Under the pieces are notes generated by a model. The model searched no databases. It was not told where the DNA came from and saw nothing but the letters and a program-made list of their open reading frames with translations. The position numbers and the translations under genes are program-made. Source: Gemmatimonadaceae bacterium (lineage in GTDB: Bacteria; Gemmatimonadota; Gemmatimonadetes; Gemmatimonadales; Gemmatimonadaceae). From it: a DNA stretch of 64,000 nt. Shown here piece after piece: positions 29,653 through 38,822 of the stretch. Location: positions 160,001 to 224,000 of the forward strand of contig JBJMOW010000006.1 of assembly GCA_045803545.1 (NCBI GenBank), read 5' to 3'. Position 1 is the first letter of the stretch. Every line of letters starts with the position of its first letter.

Positions 29653-32600
29653 TTAGAATCCCATCCTGACACCGAAGTTCACGCCGCGGGGAATGGGGAA
29701 GTTGCCGAAGTCGATGCCTGCACCTCCGGATCCTCCAACTGCCGCACTGTTGCCGTTCACAATCGGATCAAGCCCTTTGTAGTTGGTCCATAGCGCCAGG
29801 TCGGTGCCCTTGACGAACACGCTCGCGTTACGCGTGCCGAGGAAACCGTTTGGCAGCAGATAACTAAGCTGGATGTCTCTCAATCTCAGCCAGTTGATGT
29901 TCTTTTCGATGAAAAGTTCTTCGCTTATCAGACGGTAGTAGTCCGTCTGCACGCTGGGAACGACGACGATGTTATTGATCGTCGGGTTCGCCGAGTCTTC
30001 CCTTCCGTCACGCAACACGCCCTTGATGACTCGGGGCTGGTCGCGATCGAGAGTTTCGGTGCTGAGACCTCTCGCGGTCAGATAGTGCTCGGTGGCGTTG
30101 AAGATGTCGCCGCCTCTGCGAATATCGAGCAGGAAGTCGAGGCTCAGTCGGTTCTTTCTGAAAGTGTTGGTGATACCAACGTTGTACTTCGGCTGACGAT
30201 CGTAGCCGTTGTCGATGAACGAAGTCGAGCGAATCGGCAGGCCGGTCGACGGATCGATGAGCAGATCGCCGTTCTTGTTGCGCAGGTAGAACAAGCCGGT
30301 AAGCGACATTGTCGACAGGCCGGGCATGGTGCCGTTTCGCACGTTTCCGTACAGCCACGTATCCGACACGTAGGACTCAGGCAGTGCGTGTGGCAGCGAC
30401 ACGACCACGCCACGTGCGTGCGAATAGTTCGCCTGGAAGTCCCATGAGAAGCCTGCGGATTGAATGGGGGTGCCACGGAGGGTGAACTCAACGCCCTTAT
30501 TTCTCGTCGCCGCGCCATTCAGGTTGAACAGAATGAATCCAGTGCCGTAACTGCCACGGATGTCGTTTACGATCTGATCGAGGGTCTGCTTGCGATAGAC
30601 CGTCGCGTCGAGTCCCAGGCGATCCTGAAGGAAGCTCAGCTCGACACCGAACTCGCGCGATCTCGCGAATTCCGGCTTCAGATCGAGGTTCGGGCCCCAG
30701 AAGTCATAACCATAACCACCGTACGCCGTGGTCTTGTACTGCAACGCAGGGCGGTATGCGTACGGTCTCGCGTCCTTACCCACTGAGGCGACGGCTGCTC
30801 TCAGCTTGCCAGTCATGAAATGACGAATGCTCGGGAACGCGTCCGAAAAAATGAAGCTCGACGAGAACGAAGGGTAGAAGAACGAGTTACGTCCCTTCGG
30901 AATCGTCGACGTCCAGTCGTTACGACCGGTGGCGTTGAAGAAAAGGTAATCCTTCCAGTTCAGCGTCAGCTGTCCGAACGCACCGACCAGACGGCGCTGC
31001 TCGATGGTGGTCTTGCTCGTCCTCAGGTTGGTGTTGTTGATCGAGACGAAGTTTGGATCGAGGAAATCTCTTCCCGTCGCCGCGTCCGTAGTCGCCTTGT
31101 AGTCAGAGATGGAATTGCCGAGAAGTCCGCTGACAGAAAGGCTGTTGGTGAACGGGTGCGGGTTGAAGTTGAGCAGGGTCTGCACGTTGGTGTTTCGCTG
31201 AATTAAATCGGCGAGGTCGAGGAGTCCGTTGTAGTTGGCCCCAACAACGCTCTCCGGATTGCGCAGTAGTAGATTCGAATTCGCATAGGCATCGGTACCG
31301 ATGTTGGACTTCAGATTCGCCCACGAAACGGGCGTCAGCGTGATTCCCACATTGGCGATGATGCGATTGTTCTTCGAATTGATCGCATTCTTCGCGACGT
31401 TGAAGTACGGATTGTCGACTTCGGTTCCCGCCGCCAGTCCGCTAACGCCCGGTAGCGACGAACCGATTGTGACGAGCCTGCGCCGGGTCCCGGACGCCGT
31501 GAGGAAGTTTGTGGCGTCGTCGGTCTGGGGCCAGGTCATCAATCCCATCAGAGGGCCGATTTCGCCCTTGTACACCTGATCGTTGGTGTCCGTTATGTAC
31601 GACATCGACAGATCGGTATTCAACCACGGAAGGATCTGCGCCTGTGACGCGCCCGTGACGTTGACACGACTGTAGTCGGAACTGGGAACTACGCCTTGCT
31701 GCTTGTCGAACGAAGTCGCCAGGCGGTAGTTGATCTTGTCGTCTGCGGTTGCACCGCTAAATGCGAAGTTGTTGGTCGCCGTTTTACCGGTTCGCAGGAA
31801 CCCCCCGATGTTGTCATAAAACTTGGTGTCGGCCGCGTACGGTGCGCCGAAATACGCGAACGAGTTTGTCGCGGCGAATGGACTCGACAGAATTCCACTC
31901 GGTCCCCAGATCTTCTGCAGCTCCGGCTTCGCTCTCGTTGATTCGAAGCGGAAGCTGTTGCTGTACTGGAAGCCGCCACCCTGTCTGCCACGCTTGCTCG
32001 TGATGACGATGGCTCCGTTCGCGGCGTCGATGCCGTAGAGGGCCGCTGCTTCGGGACCCTTGAGAACGGTGATGCTCTCGATGTCTTCAGGATTGAGGTC
32101 GGCCGCACGATTGGTGAAATCGACGCTGCGGTTGCTGAACGCGGAGTTGGCGTTGTTGTCGGAGGCAAGCACACCGGTGTTCAGTGTTCGATTGTCCATC
32201 GGGAGTCCATCGAGAATCATCAGCGGCTGGTTACTGCTGCTGATCGAGCTAATGCCGCGGATGACGATCGACGATGATGCGCCGGGAACTCCCGAGCTGC
32301 TCACTACGTCGACGCCCGCGATACGGCCCTGCAGCGAGTTCACGAAGTTCTCGCGTTGGGCTTCGGCGACAGCCTGTCCGCGCACGGTTTGCTGCGCAGT
32401 ACCAAGCGCTCGCTGCGCTGTGCTCTGACCGAGTGCGGTCACGACAACTGCGTCGAGGCTGGTCGCGACCGTGCGAAGCTGCAGGTTCACGACGCCGTCG
32501 TTGCTGACGACTCGTTCCTCCGGCGCCTTGCCGAGAGTCCTGAACTGCAGCGTTTGTCCAGGCTGCGCCTGGATGGTGAAGGTGCCGTTGTCGTTGGTGA

Positions 32601-32757
32601 CGGCCCTTGTTGTTGTCCCTTTCACAGTGACTGTGACGCCGGACAACGGCGTGCCTTGCTCACTCGTGACCTTACCCGTGACTGATTGCTGTTGCGCGAA
32701 TGCTTGCGCTGTCACGAAGAAAAGACTCGTCAGCACGAAGAGCAGTCTTTTTTTCAT
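29653..32757 (-). CDS. SusC/RagA family TonB-dependent transporter
   Basis: Carboxypeptidase-like N-domain; plug motif LKGPEAAALYG...NGAIVIT; C-terminal Phe. Confidence 0.96.
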   Translation of the reverse strand: MKKRLLFVLTSLFFVTAQAFAQQQSVTGKVTSEQGTPLSGVTVTVKGTTTRAVTNDNGTFTIQAQPGQTLQFRTLGKAPEERVVSNDGVVNLQLRTVATSLDAVVVTALGQSTAQRALGTAQQTVRGQAVAEAQRENFVNSLQGRIAGVDVVSSSGVPGASSSIVIRGISSISSSNQPLMILDGLPMDNRTLNTGVLASDNNANSAFSNRSVDFTNRAADLNPEDIESITVLKGPEAAALYGIDAANGAIVITSKRGRQGGGFQYSNSFRFESTRAKPELQKIWGPSGILSSPFAATNSFAYFGAPYAADTKFYDNIGGFLRTGKTATNNFAFSGATADDKINYRLATSFDKQQGVVPSSDYSRVNVTGASQAQILPWLNTDLSMSYITDTNDQVYKGEIGPLMGLMTWPQTDDATNFLTASGTRRRLVTIGSSLPGVSGLAAGTEVDNPYFNVAKNAINSKNNRIIANVGITLTPVSWANLKSNIGTDAYANSNLLLRNPESVVGANYNGLLDLADLIQRNTNVQTLLNFNPHPFTNSLSVSGLLGNSISDYKATTDAATGRDFLDPNFVSINNTNLRTSKTTIEQRRLVGAFGQLTLNWKDYLFFNATGRNDWTSTIPKGRNSFFYPSFSSSFIFSDAFPSIRHFMTGKLRAAVASVGKDARPYAYRPALQYKTTAYGGYGYDFWGPNLDLKPEFARSREFGVELSFLQDRLGLDATVYRKQTLDQIVNDIRGSYGTGFILFNLNGAATRNKGVEFTLRGTPIQSAGFSWDFQANYSHARGVVVSLPHALPESYVSDTWLYGNVRNGTMPGLSTMSLTGLFYLRNKNGDLLIDPSTGLPIRSTSFIDNGYDRQPKYNVGITNTFRKNRLSLDFLLDIRRGGDIFNATEHYLTARGLSTETLDRDQPRVIKGVLRDGREDSANPTINNIVVVPSVQTDYYRLISEELFIEKNINWLRLRDIQLSYLLPNGFLGTRNASVFVKGTDLALWTNYKGLDPIVNGNSAAVGGSGGAGIDFGNFPIPRGVNFGVRMGF

Positions 32758-32948
32758 AAGACGCGTACCGGTGGGAGAAATTGATGTACGAGTTTTGGAG
32801 GACGAAGAGTGTTTCAGTCCACCAGCTCCGATGAAAAGAGGGACCGAATTTTATTGCGGCGTTGCAAAAAACGCCATATGTGTGCGCCGTCCAAGGCGTT
32901 TCGCGACCGACTGTTAGGTGATAACCCCGAGTTGGTTTTAAGACAATG

Positions 32949-33578
32949 TCAACGTCGGCGGAGTGGCACTATATCGGGAGCTTTCTCCGCCACCCAGTAG
33001 TGCTCGTCGCGCGCGAGCACCACCGCCGTGGATGCGTTTAGCGACGTCGGACCGACGATTCGACCAAGGGATTTTGTTACCCGAACTGCTTCATCGACCG
33101 TCGCGATTTCGAAATACGCGTCGAGCGCGACACCGTGGCAGGAGTTCGTGGCCAACGGAATTGCGCCAGCGCTCCGCACGATACCTACCCGCTCCGACTC
33201 TTTTACCTCGCGCGGTGGGTTGAGCGCGATCACCCGCAGGTCGGCCAGCTCGGCGAGGTCGTGCGCTGCGTACGCCCACAAGCCGCCCAGTACTATAGTT
33301 GCACCAGGCTGAGTTGTGTCGAGGTAGGCACCCGCACGCGTAGCCAGCTCTTCGCGTCGATGACTAACGTGGGCACGTTCTGCGTCGTAGTCCGCGATGC
33401 TCTCGCCGCGAGTGAAGTCCACCACGCCGTTCCTGATCCCATACTCGGCGCTGCAGATCGGGCAGCCGAGGGTGCCTTCGGTCACCATACGATTGCTGAC
33501 CTCCCTGAACGAAGCAACCAGCCAGGTATCGTCGTGCGCGTTGATGCAGCGCAGCAGGTCGATCATCTCGATGAACAA
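32949..33578 (-). CDS. Trm112-like N-terminal domain fused to a degenerate methyltransferase-like domain
   Basis: MIDLLRC...EGTLGCPICSAEYGIRNGVVDF resembles Trm112/YcaR; C-terminal IPLA...EAVRVTKSLGRIV resembles class I MTase motifs. Confidence 0.65.
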   Translation of the reverse strand: MFIEMIDLLRCINAHDDTWLVASFREVSNRMVTEGTLGCPICSAEYGIRNGVVDFTRGESIADYDAERAHVSHRREELATRAGAYLDTTQPGATIVLGGLWAYAAHDLAELADLRVIALNPPREVKESERVGIVRSAGAIPLATNSCHGVALDAYFEIATVDEAVRVTKSLGRIVGPTSLNASTAVVLARDEHYWVAEKAPDIVPLRRR

Positions 33579-33599
33579 TGGAGGCGCGGGAGGCGGGAG

Positions 33600-34313
33600 T
33601 CAGCTATGCGATAAGCGCAGCTCGTCGATGTTCACTGTCGCTGGCTGGCTCAGAGCAAACATCACTGCGCTCACCACGTTGGCCGGCTCGAGCATCGGGC
33701 GCTTGGAATGCGGACGATTTACAGGATCGGTCACCGTCACGTCGGTCCAAATGTCGGTGTTGGTCGCGGCGGGCGATATCAAGGAAGTCCTGACGCCCGT
33801 GCCACGCAATTCCGTGCGCAGCACCTCGTGCACCGCCCGCAAGCCAAACTTGGCGGCGGAGTACGCCACGTTGCCCGAGAAAATCGTTCGGTCCGCGATC
33901 GATCCAATCGTTACAATGTGTCCGCTGCCTCGCTTCTTCATGTCGCCGAGAAACGCGCGCACGAAAAGGAAAGGCGCGACGAGATTCGTATTGAGCATGT
34001 TCGCGAACTGCTCGGCGCTCGTCTCCTCGACCACCGCGACGCTGAAGATTCCCGCGTTGTTGACGATGATGTCGGGAACGCCGAGCTCCGATCGAACCGT
34101 TTCGGTTGCTTTCTCGACGCTGCGCGGATCGGTCACATCGGCTGAAATCGGAATCGATCCTTTGATCTCCGAAGCGCGGTCCTTCAGTGTCGACGGGTTG
34201 CGGGCGATAAGTGCTACGCGCGCACCGGAGGCGCTCAATGCAGCAGCGATCCCGGCTCCGATTCCTCGTGACGCGCCGGTAACGACAGCGGTTTTTCCGC
34301 CGAGCGCGCTCAC
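33600..34313 (-). CDS. Short-chain dehydrogenase/reductase
   Basis: TGASRGIG, NNAG and YSAAK (YxxxK) motifs. Confidence 0.93.
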   Translation of the reverse strand: MSALGGKTAVVTGASRGIGAGIAAALSASGARVALIARNPSTLKDRASEIKGSIPISADVTDPRSVEKATETVRSELGVPDIIVNNAGIFSVAVVEETSAEQFANMLNTNLVAPFLFVRAFLGDMKKRGSGHIVTIGSIADRTIFSGNVAYSAAKFGLRAVHEVLRTELRGTGVRTSLISPAATNTDIWTDVTVTDPVNRPHSKRPMLEPANVVSAVMFALSQPATVNIDELRLSHS

Positions 34314-34316
34314 TCG

Positions 34317-34931
34317 CTAGTCGCCGCCATTGTGAGCGAGGCGCAGGAACTCGTCGCGGGTCTTCGGATCCTCGCGAAACACTCCACGCAACGCGGATGT
34401 GATGGTCTTGGAGTTCTGTTTCTGCACCCCACGCATCATCATGCAGAGGTGATACGCCTCGATCACCACTCCCACGCCACTGGGTTGCAGCACGCTGCAT
34501 AGTCCCTCGGCGATCTCTTCAGTCAGGCGCTCCTGCACCTGAAGTCGTCTCGCAAATATGTCGACGATGCGGGGGATCTTTGACAGCCCGACGATCTTGC
34601 CGTTCGGAATGTATGCGACGTGCGCCTTGCCGAAGAAAGGCAGCATGTGGTGCTCGCACATCGAGTAGAGCTCAATGTCCCGCACCATGATCATGTTGTC
34701 GTGATCTTCCTTGAAGACGCCGTTGCCAACGACCTCTTTCGCGGTGTGACTGTAGCCTTGTGTCAGCCATGTCATCGCGCGCGCGACCCGCCGCGGAGTA
34801 GCCAACAACCCTTCGCGCTTGGGATCTTCGCCGATCAGCTCGAGCTCACGTCGAATGAGATCTTGAAACTCCTTCGAGGGCTCTTTCTCCTCGAGGTCTT
34901 TCAGATCTTTAGTTGCCCGTGTACTCGACAT
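34317..34931 (-). CDS. folE: GTP cyclohydrolase I
   Basis: [35 protein letters not shown] and HLCMMMRGV motifs. Confidence 0.97.
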   Translation of the reverse strand: MSSTRATKDLKDLEEKEPSKEFQDLIRRELELIGEDPKREGLLATPRRVARAMTWLTQGYSHTAKEVVGNGVFKEDHDNMIMVRDIELYSMCEHHMLPFFGKAHVAYIPNGKIVGLSKIPRIVDIFARRLQVQERLTEEIAEGLCSVLQPSGVGVVIEAYHLCMMMRGVQKQNSKTITSALRGVFREDPKTRDEFLRLAHNGGD

Positions 34932-35322
34932 AGTTGTTCTCCGTTTCCCAAAGCACGAGTCGAATGAGTTTGCCGGGCTTCACCTTCGTCGCGAGAATTT
35001 TCCAGAAGGCGGTGACGATGTTCTCCGACGTCGGGATAACTCCCTTCATGAAGGGAACATCAAGATTGAAGTTCTTGTGATCGACGATGTCGACGATCTC
35101 CCGCTCGACGATTTTCTTGAGCGCTGAGAGATCGCAGACGTAACCCGTCGTGGGATCGGTTTCGCCCTCGACCGAGACGTCGAGGGTGTAGTTGTGTCCG
35201 TGCCAGTTCGGGTTGTTGCACTTCCCAAAAAGGCGCGAGTTCTCGGCGTCGGACAGCTCGGGGTTATGGACGCGGTGCGCAGCATTGAAGCGCAGCCGTC
35301 TGGTTACTGTTACACGGGGCAT
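34909..35322 (-). CDS. 6-pyruvoyl-tetrahydropterin synthase, PTPS-II (animal-like) type
   Basis: FNAAHR...[14 protein letters not shown] (CX5HGH), DHKN, TSEN and WETENN motifs. Confidence 0.9.
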   Translation of the reverse strand: MPRVTVTRRLRFNAAHRVHNPELSDAENSRLFGKCNNPNWHGHNYTLDVSVEGETDPTTGYVCDLSALKKIVEREIVDIVDHKNFNLDVPFMKGVIPTSENIVTAFWKILATKVKPGKLIRLVLWETENNYVEYTGN

Positions 35323-35444
35323 AATTGACGTAAGATACCGCATCCCATCCAAAGAATCTTTTGCTGGGGCGGTTGCCGATGCTTACCTGCCTTCCTATAA
35401 AGGAAAGCTCGGACACCGTTGCATCACTCCGATCGTTGGACACG

Positions 35445-35482
35445 AAAGAAAAGAGGCCCCACCGCTTGATTGGTGGAGCCTC
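35445..35482 (-). terminator. Intrinsic terminator of the 6S-like RNA
   Basis: Minus strand GAGGCTCCACC-AATCAAGC-GGTGGGGCCTC-TTTTCTTT. Confidence 0.8.
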
Positions 35483-35487
35483 AATAA

Positions 35488-35635
35488 TGGGACGGAGAGG
35501 TTTTTTGAAGCCCGGTCGAATTTTTGAGGTCCTCACCTTGCCTACCGCCTTCCCCGCACTGGGGCATGACGTCAGCACAGTTTATCGAACCCACTCGAAG
35601 GACTTGTTGGCTCAAAAAGTGAGTTCCCCGCCCCA
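35488..35635 (-). ncRNA. ssrS: Probable 6S RNA (rod-shaped with a central bubble)
   Basis: Ends pair (UGGGGCGGGGA/UCUCCGUCCCA, 11 bp); UUUUUGAGCC pairs with GGCUUCAAAAA flanking a large internal bubble; apical CCCC/GGGG hairpin; has its own promoter and terminator. Confidence 0.65.
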
Positions 35636-35685
35636 ACGATGAAGTCGGCTTTTATTCCTGCAACAGTTTCCGTAAAGACTCTCTG

Positions 35686-35714
35686 AACATACCGGCCGTC
35701 ACACCCAAGGTCAA
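35686..35714 (-). promoter_or_regulatory. Sigma70-type promoter for the ncRNA
   Basis: TTGACC-17 nt-TATGTT on the minus strand. Confidence 0.65.
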
Positions 35715-35726
35715 CGAAATTTCGCC

Positions 35727-35900
35727 ATGGACTATTTGCTGATTCTTAGCGTTCTGATGCTTGTGATTTGGGCGATCGTCACCTTCACGACGACGGCGCC
35801 GGGCTGGATTCATCTTCTGCTGACCGTCGGGATGTTCCTGCTGATCTACCGCATCGTCGTGCGAGGTACGCGCGGCGTGGACGACAAACCCAAGACCTGA
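35727..35900 (+). CDS. Small two-TM membrane protein (lmo0937/DUF5670-like), absent from the ORF track
   Basis: 57 aa, MDYLLILSVLMLVIWAIVTFTTTAPGWIHLLLTVGMFLLIYRIVVRGTRGVDDKPKT; GWIHLLL motif; TGATG coupling to the next gene. Confidence 0.8.
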   Translation: MDYLLILSVLMLVIWAIVTFTTTAPGWIHLLLTVGMFLLIYRIVVRGTRGVDDKPKT

Positions 35901-36934
35901 TGTCCCCCGCCGGACGTGGGCCTTACTCGTTCGGAGATGAAGGACCCGCCACGGCAGTCGCCGAGCAGCCGCAGGCGCTTTCGGCGGACAAGAAGAAACC
36001 CGTTCTCGTAACAGGGGCGACCGGACTCGTCGGCATCCATACCTGCCGAGAGTTATCGAAGCATGGCTGGCAGGTAAGAGCGCTAATCAGAGATCCGGCG
36101 AAAGCGGCACTCGCGCTCGGCCAGCTTCCGGTCGAGTTTCGTGTTGGTGATGTCCGCGACGCTGGTACCCTGCGCAGCTCGCTCAATGGCTGCGGCGCCG
36201 TCGTTCATCTTGCCGCGATCGCCATCGAGAAGAAAACGGAGAAGTACACCGAGACCAACACGGCGGCGACCGAACGGCTCATCTCGGCGGCGCGCGCGGA
36301 GAATGTGCAGCGCGTGATCTTCATGTCACAGAACGGCGCCGACAGCCGCTCGAGGCATCCATTCCTGCACAGCAAAGGAGTCGCACAGGATTCAATCAGG
36401 ACGAGTGGACTCCAGTGGACCGTCCTGCGCCCGTCGGTAATCTTCGGCCCCGAAGACCAGTTCGTCAACGTACTCGGCAGATTGATCCGGCTGACGCCGA
36501 AATTTTTTCCGCTGCCGGGCGGTGGGCGCGCGCGCTTTCAACCTATCGCCGTCGACGACGTCGCGCGTGTGATCCGGATCTCACTCGAGAAAAAAGAAAC
36601 CGTTCGTCAGAGCTACGACCTCGGGGGTCCAGCGGCGCTCAGCCTGCGCGACATGACGGAACGAATTCTCATGGCGATGGGAACGACACGCACAATCGTC
36701 CCGGTCCCTATAAAAATGGTGAGACCGATTGTCTCGTTGATGCAGCGCTTCCTTCCTAATCCGCCGGTGACGCCAGGACTGCTCGACCTCCTCAGCGTCG
36801 ACAACACGGTGTCGCACAACGCGCTGACGGAGATCTTTAAAGTGTCCCCGATGCCCTTCGCGGGAGACGAGCTCGGCTACCTGAGACGAATAACGTTTCG
36901 CAGCGCGATCAACTCGCTGTTCGAGCGGGCGTAG
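35900..36934 (+). CDS. NDUFA9-like atypical SDR (NAD(P)-binding epimerase family)
   Basis: VLVTGATGLVG, VVHLAAI, LRPSVIFG and FQPIAVDDVA motifs. Confidence 0.88.
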   Translation: MSPAGRGPYSFGDEGPATAVAEQPQALSADKKKPVLVTGATGLVGIHTCRELSKHGWQVRALIRDPAKAALALGQLPVEFRVGDVRDAGTLRSSLNGCGAVVHLAAIAIEKKTEKYTETNTAATERLISAARAENVQRVIFMSQNGADSRSRHPFLHSKGVAQDSIRTSGLQWTVLRPSVIFGPEDQFVNVLGRLIRLTPKFFPLPGGGRARFQPIAVDDVARVIRISLEKKETVRQSYDLGGPAALSLRDMTERILMAMGTTRTIVPVPIKMVRPIVSLMQRFLPNPPVTPGLLDLLSVDNTVSHNALTEIFKVSPMPFAGDELGYLRRITFRSAINSLFERA

Positions 36935-36936
36935 AC

Positions 36937-37452
36937 TCACATGTAGCGCGCGACGGACATCGCCGTCGCGGCAAGGAGTCCCAGGCCGACCGTCAGCATC
37001 ACCGACCAACCGTTGCGCTTTCGGAGACGGTCGGCTTCGGCGGAGAGTCGTTGTCTTTCTTCAGGAGACGGCGATCCAGCAAGCGCTCCCGCGACTTTTC
37101 CCAGCTTCAGACCCGCGGGTCTCTGGATGAGAACCTGAACGAGGAACGCAAGGATACCGGCGGTGCCACCGACCGAGAACGTTCGTCCCGCGCCGGTGGA
37201 AAGGAAGCTGTCATCGAAGCCCGCTGAGTCGATCCATAGCAGGCGGACGCCGGTGAGAATTACGAACAAGCCGATAGTCGGTAGAATCACGAAGGTCTTT
37301 CGGCGCTGCAGTCCGTCCATCACCTGCGGGATGAGCTGGGGCATAGCGAGCAGCGTTGGAACCAGAAAGAAGGCGGAGTAAATCCCACCGCCGACCCAGA
37401 CGATGGCACCGACGACGTGGATAACGCGAAGCAGAAGCAGTTCAGCGTGCAT
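36937..37452 (-). CDS. 4-TM membrane protein (CopD/DUF2269-like)
   Basis: LRVIHVVGAIVWVGG N-terminal motif; four TM segments. Confidence 0.75.
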   Translation of the reverse strand: MHAELLLLRVIHVVGAIVWVGGGIYSAFFLVPTLLAMPQLIPQVMDGLQRRKTFVILPTIGLFVILTGVRLLWIDSAGFDDSFLSTGAGRTFSVGGTAGILAFLVQVLIQRPAGLKLGKVAGALAGSPSPEERQRLSAEADRLRKRNGWSVMLTVGLGLLAATAMSVARYM

Positions 37453-37882
37453 TCATTTCTCCAGTAGGCGTTGATCTGAGTGCGGCAAGCCACGCAGGGA
37501 AAGCATATAGGAAGAGCCAGCCCCTCCACGCAATCCCGGGCAGAAAAATTGTCCAGCGAATGCGGTCGCCGGCAACGAGGAAGATCACCAAAAGTATCAA
37601 TATCAGGTTTACGACGATCCGATACACCCGGTAGGTCGTGCGCTCGATCTCCGCCGTTTTGCGTCGATCGAACCGCGCCGCGACGGTAATCGCCAGCGCC
37701 GCCAGGATAAACGCGAACACTACATCGGCGATCGGCCACCATGCCGGCAGAGCGGAAGCTTCCTGCACCAGCCCGGCAGCGACCGGAAAAACAAGCGACA
37801 CCACAAACGCAATCGCGCTAAGGAGAGCCAGGTAGCGTCCCTGCCGGGACGAGTTACGGGGCGGCTTGGCGGGCTCTGTCAT
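37442..37882 (-). CDS. Hypothetical membrane protein
   Basis: Four hydrophobic segments from ATG 37882; overlaps the start of the next gene. Confidence 0.65.
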   Translation of the reverse strand: MTEPAKPPRNSSRQGRYLALLSAIAFVVSLVFPVAAGLVQEASALPAWWPIADVVFAFILAALAITVAARFDRRKTAEIERTTYRVYRIVVNLILILLVIFLVAGDRIRWTIFLPGIAWRGWLFLYAFPAWLAALRSTPTGEMNAR

Positions 37883-37963
37883 AACCGCGATGAATCTGGT
37901 GCCATGCCTGGACTGAGGCCAGCCACCGTTTCCCGTCCGCCAACCAGCTTTCAAAAAAAGGTC

Positions 37964-38011
37964 TTGCCGCTTACCTCGGTAAGTACTAGCTTACCGTTAG
38001 TGATTACTTAC
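37964..38011 (+). promoter_or_regulatory. Promoter with palindromic ArsR-type operators
   Basis: TTGCCG-17-TAGCTT; GTAAG-N6-CTTAC (37979-37994) and GTTAG-N6-CTTAC (37996-38011). Confidence 0.7.
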
Positions 38012-38344
38012 CGAGACAAACAGCTAGATGCAATCGGCGACCATACCCGCCGGGCCATCCTCGCCCGACTGCGCAAAGGCCCGGCATCCGTCGGCAGGCT
38101 CGCCAGCGCCTTTCCCGTCAGCAGGCCCGCCATCTCGCAGCACCTGAGAGTCCTCAAGGACGCAGGCCTAGTCACGGATCGCGCCGACGGCACGAGGAGG
38201 GTTTACGAGCTGAATCCCGCAGCGTTCGCCTCACTCCGCGAGTACTTCGATGAGTTCTGGGGCGTGGCGCTCATCTCTTTCAAGAAACGAGTCGAAAACA
38301 CTTCCAGGAGGAGTGATGCCGGCCATGGCAGAGCAAATGATTGA
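38000..38344 (+). CDS. ArsR/SmtB family transcriptional regulator
   Basis: AIGDHTRRAIL...SRPAISQHLRVLKDAGLV...GTRRVY; GTG start. Confidence 0.92.
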   Translation: MITYRDKQLDAIGDHTRRAILARLRKGPASVGRLASAFPVSRPAISQHLRVLKDAGLVTDRADGTRRVYELNPAAFASLREYFDEFWGVALISFKKRVENTSRRSDAGHGRAND

Positions 38345-38822
38345 GGCTGTCAGAAAATCAGTGACGGTGAGTGCAACCCCCGAGACCGCGTTCGACATCT
38401 TCACTGCTGATTTCGACAGCTGGTGGCCTCGCTCACACCACCTCGGCAAGACTCCGATGAAAAGGGGCATCGTCGAGCAGCACCAAGGCGGGCGTTGCTA
38501 CACGGAGCACGAAGACGGCGCGGAAGTCCAATGGGGTACGGTGCTCGTCTGGGATCCACCGCGGCGTCTGGTATTGGCCTGGCAGATCGCCGCTGACTGG
38601 AAGTGCGAGCCGGATCTATCCAAGGCTAGCGAAGTCGAGATTCGCTTCACCCCCGAGCCGGGTGGCAAGACGCGCGTCGATCTCGAGCACAGAAACTTCG
38701 AGCGCATGAGCGCTGGCGGCGAAGCGATGCGGGCGGGCGTTGGTGCCGAGGGCGGTTGGGGTAGCCTGTTGCAGATGTTCTCCGAGCGCGTCGACGTAGT
38801 CACCGCTCGTCGGTCGGTCTGA
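38316..38822 (+). CDS. SRPBCC/AHSA1 family protein
   Basis: AFDIFT...SWWP, WDPPRRLVLAW, SEVEIRF, TRVDLEH and GGW motifs; SD AGGAGG. Confidence 0.9.
   Translation: MPAMAEQMIEAVRKSVTVSATPETAFDIFTADFDSWWPRSHHLGKTPMKRGIVEQHQGGRCYTEHEDGAEVQWGTVLVWDPPRRLVLAWQIAADWKCEPDLSKASEVEIRFTPEPGGKTRVDLEHRNFERMSAGGEAMRAGVGAEGGWGSLLQMFSERVDVVTARRSV

Noticed and set aside
32760..32950. Riboswitch upstream of susC
   Set aside because: I recognised no cobalamin, TPP or other aptamer signature.
34909..35322. queD (queuosine pathway)
   Set aside because: The motif is CX5HGH rather than CX3HGH, and no queC, queE or queF is nearby.
35468..35635. tmRNA or tRNA (GGGGC 5' end, GGTTCGA, CTCCACCA)
   Set aside because: There is no T-arm before CCACCA, which is part of the terminator stem; no cloverleaf; too short for tmRNA.
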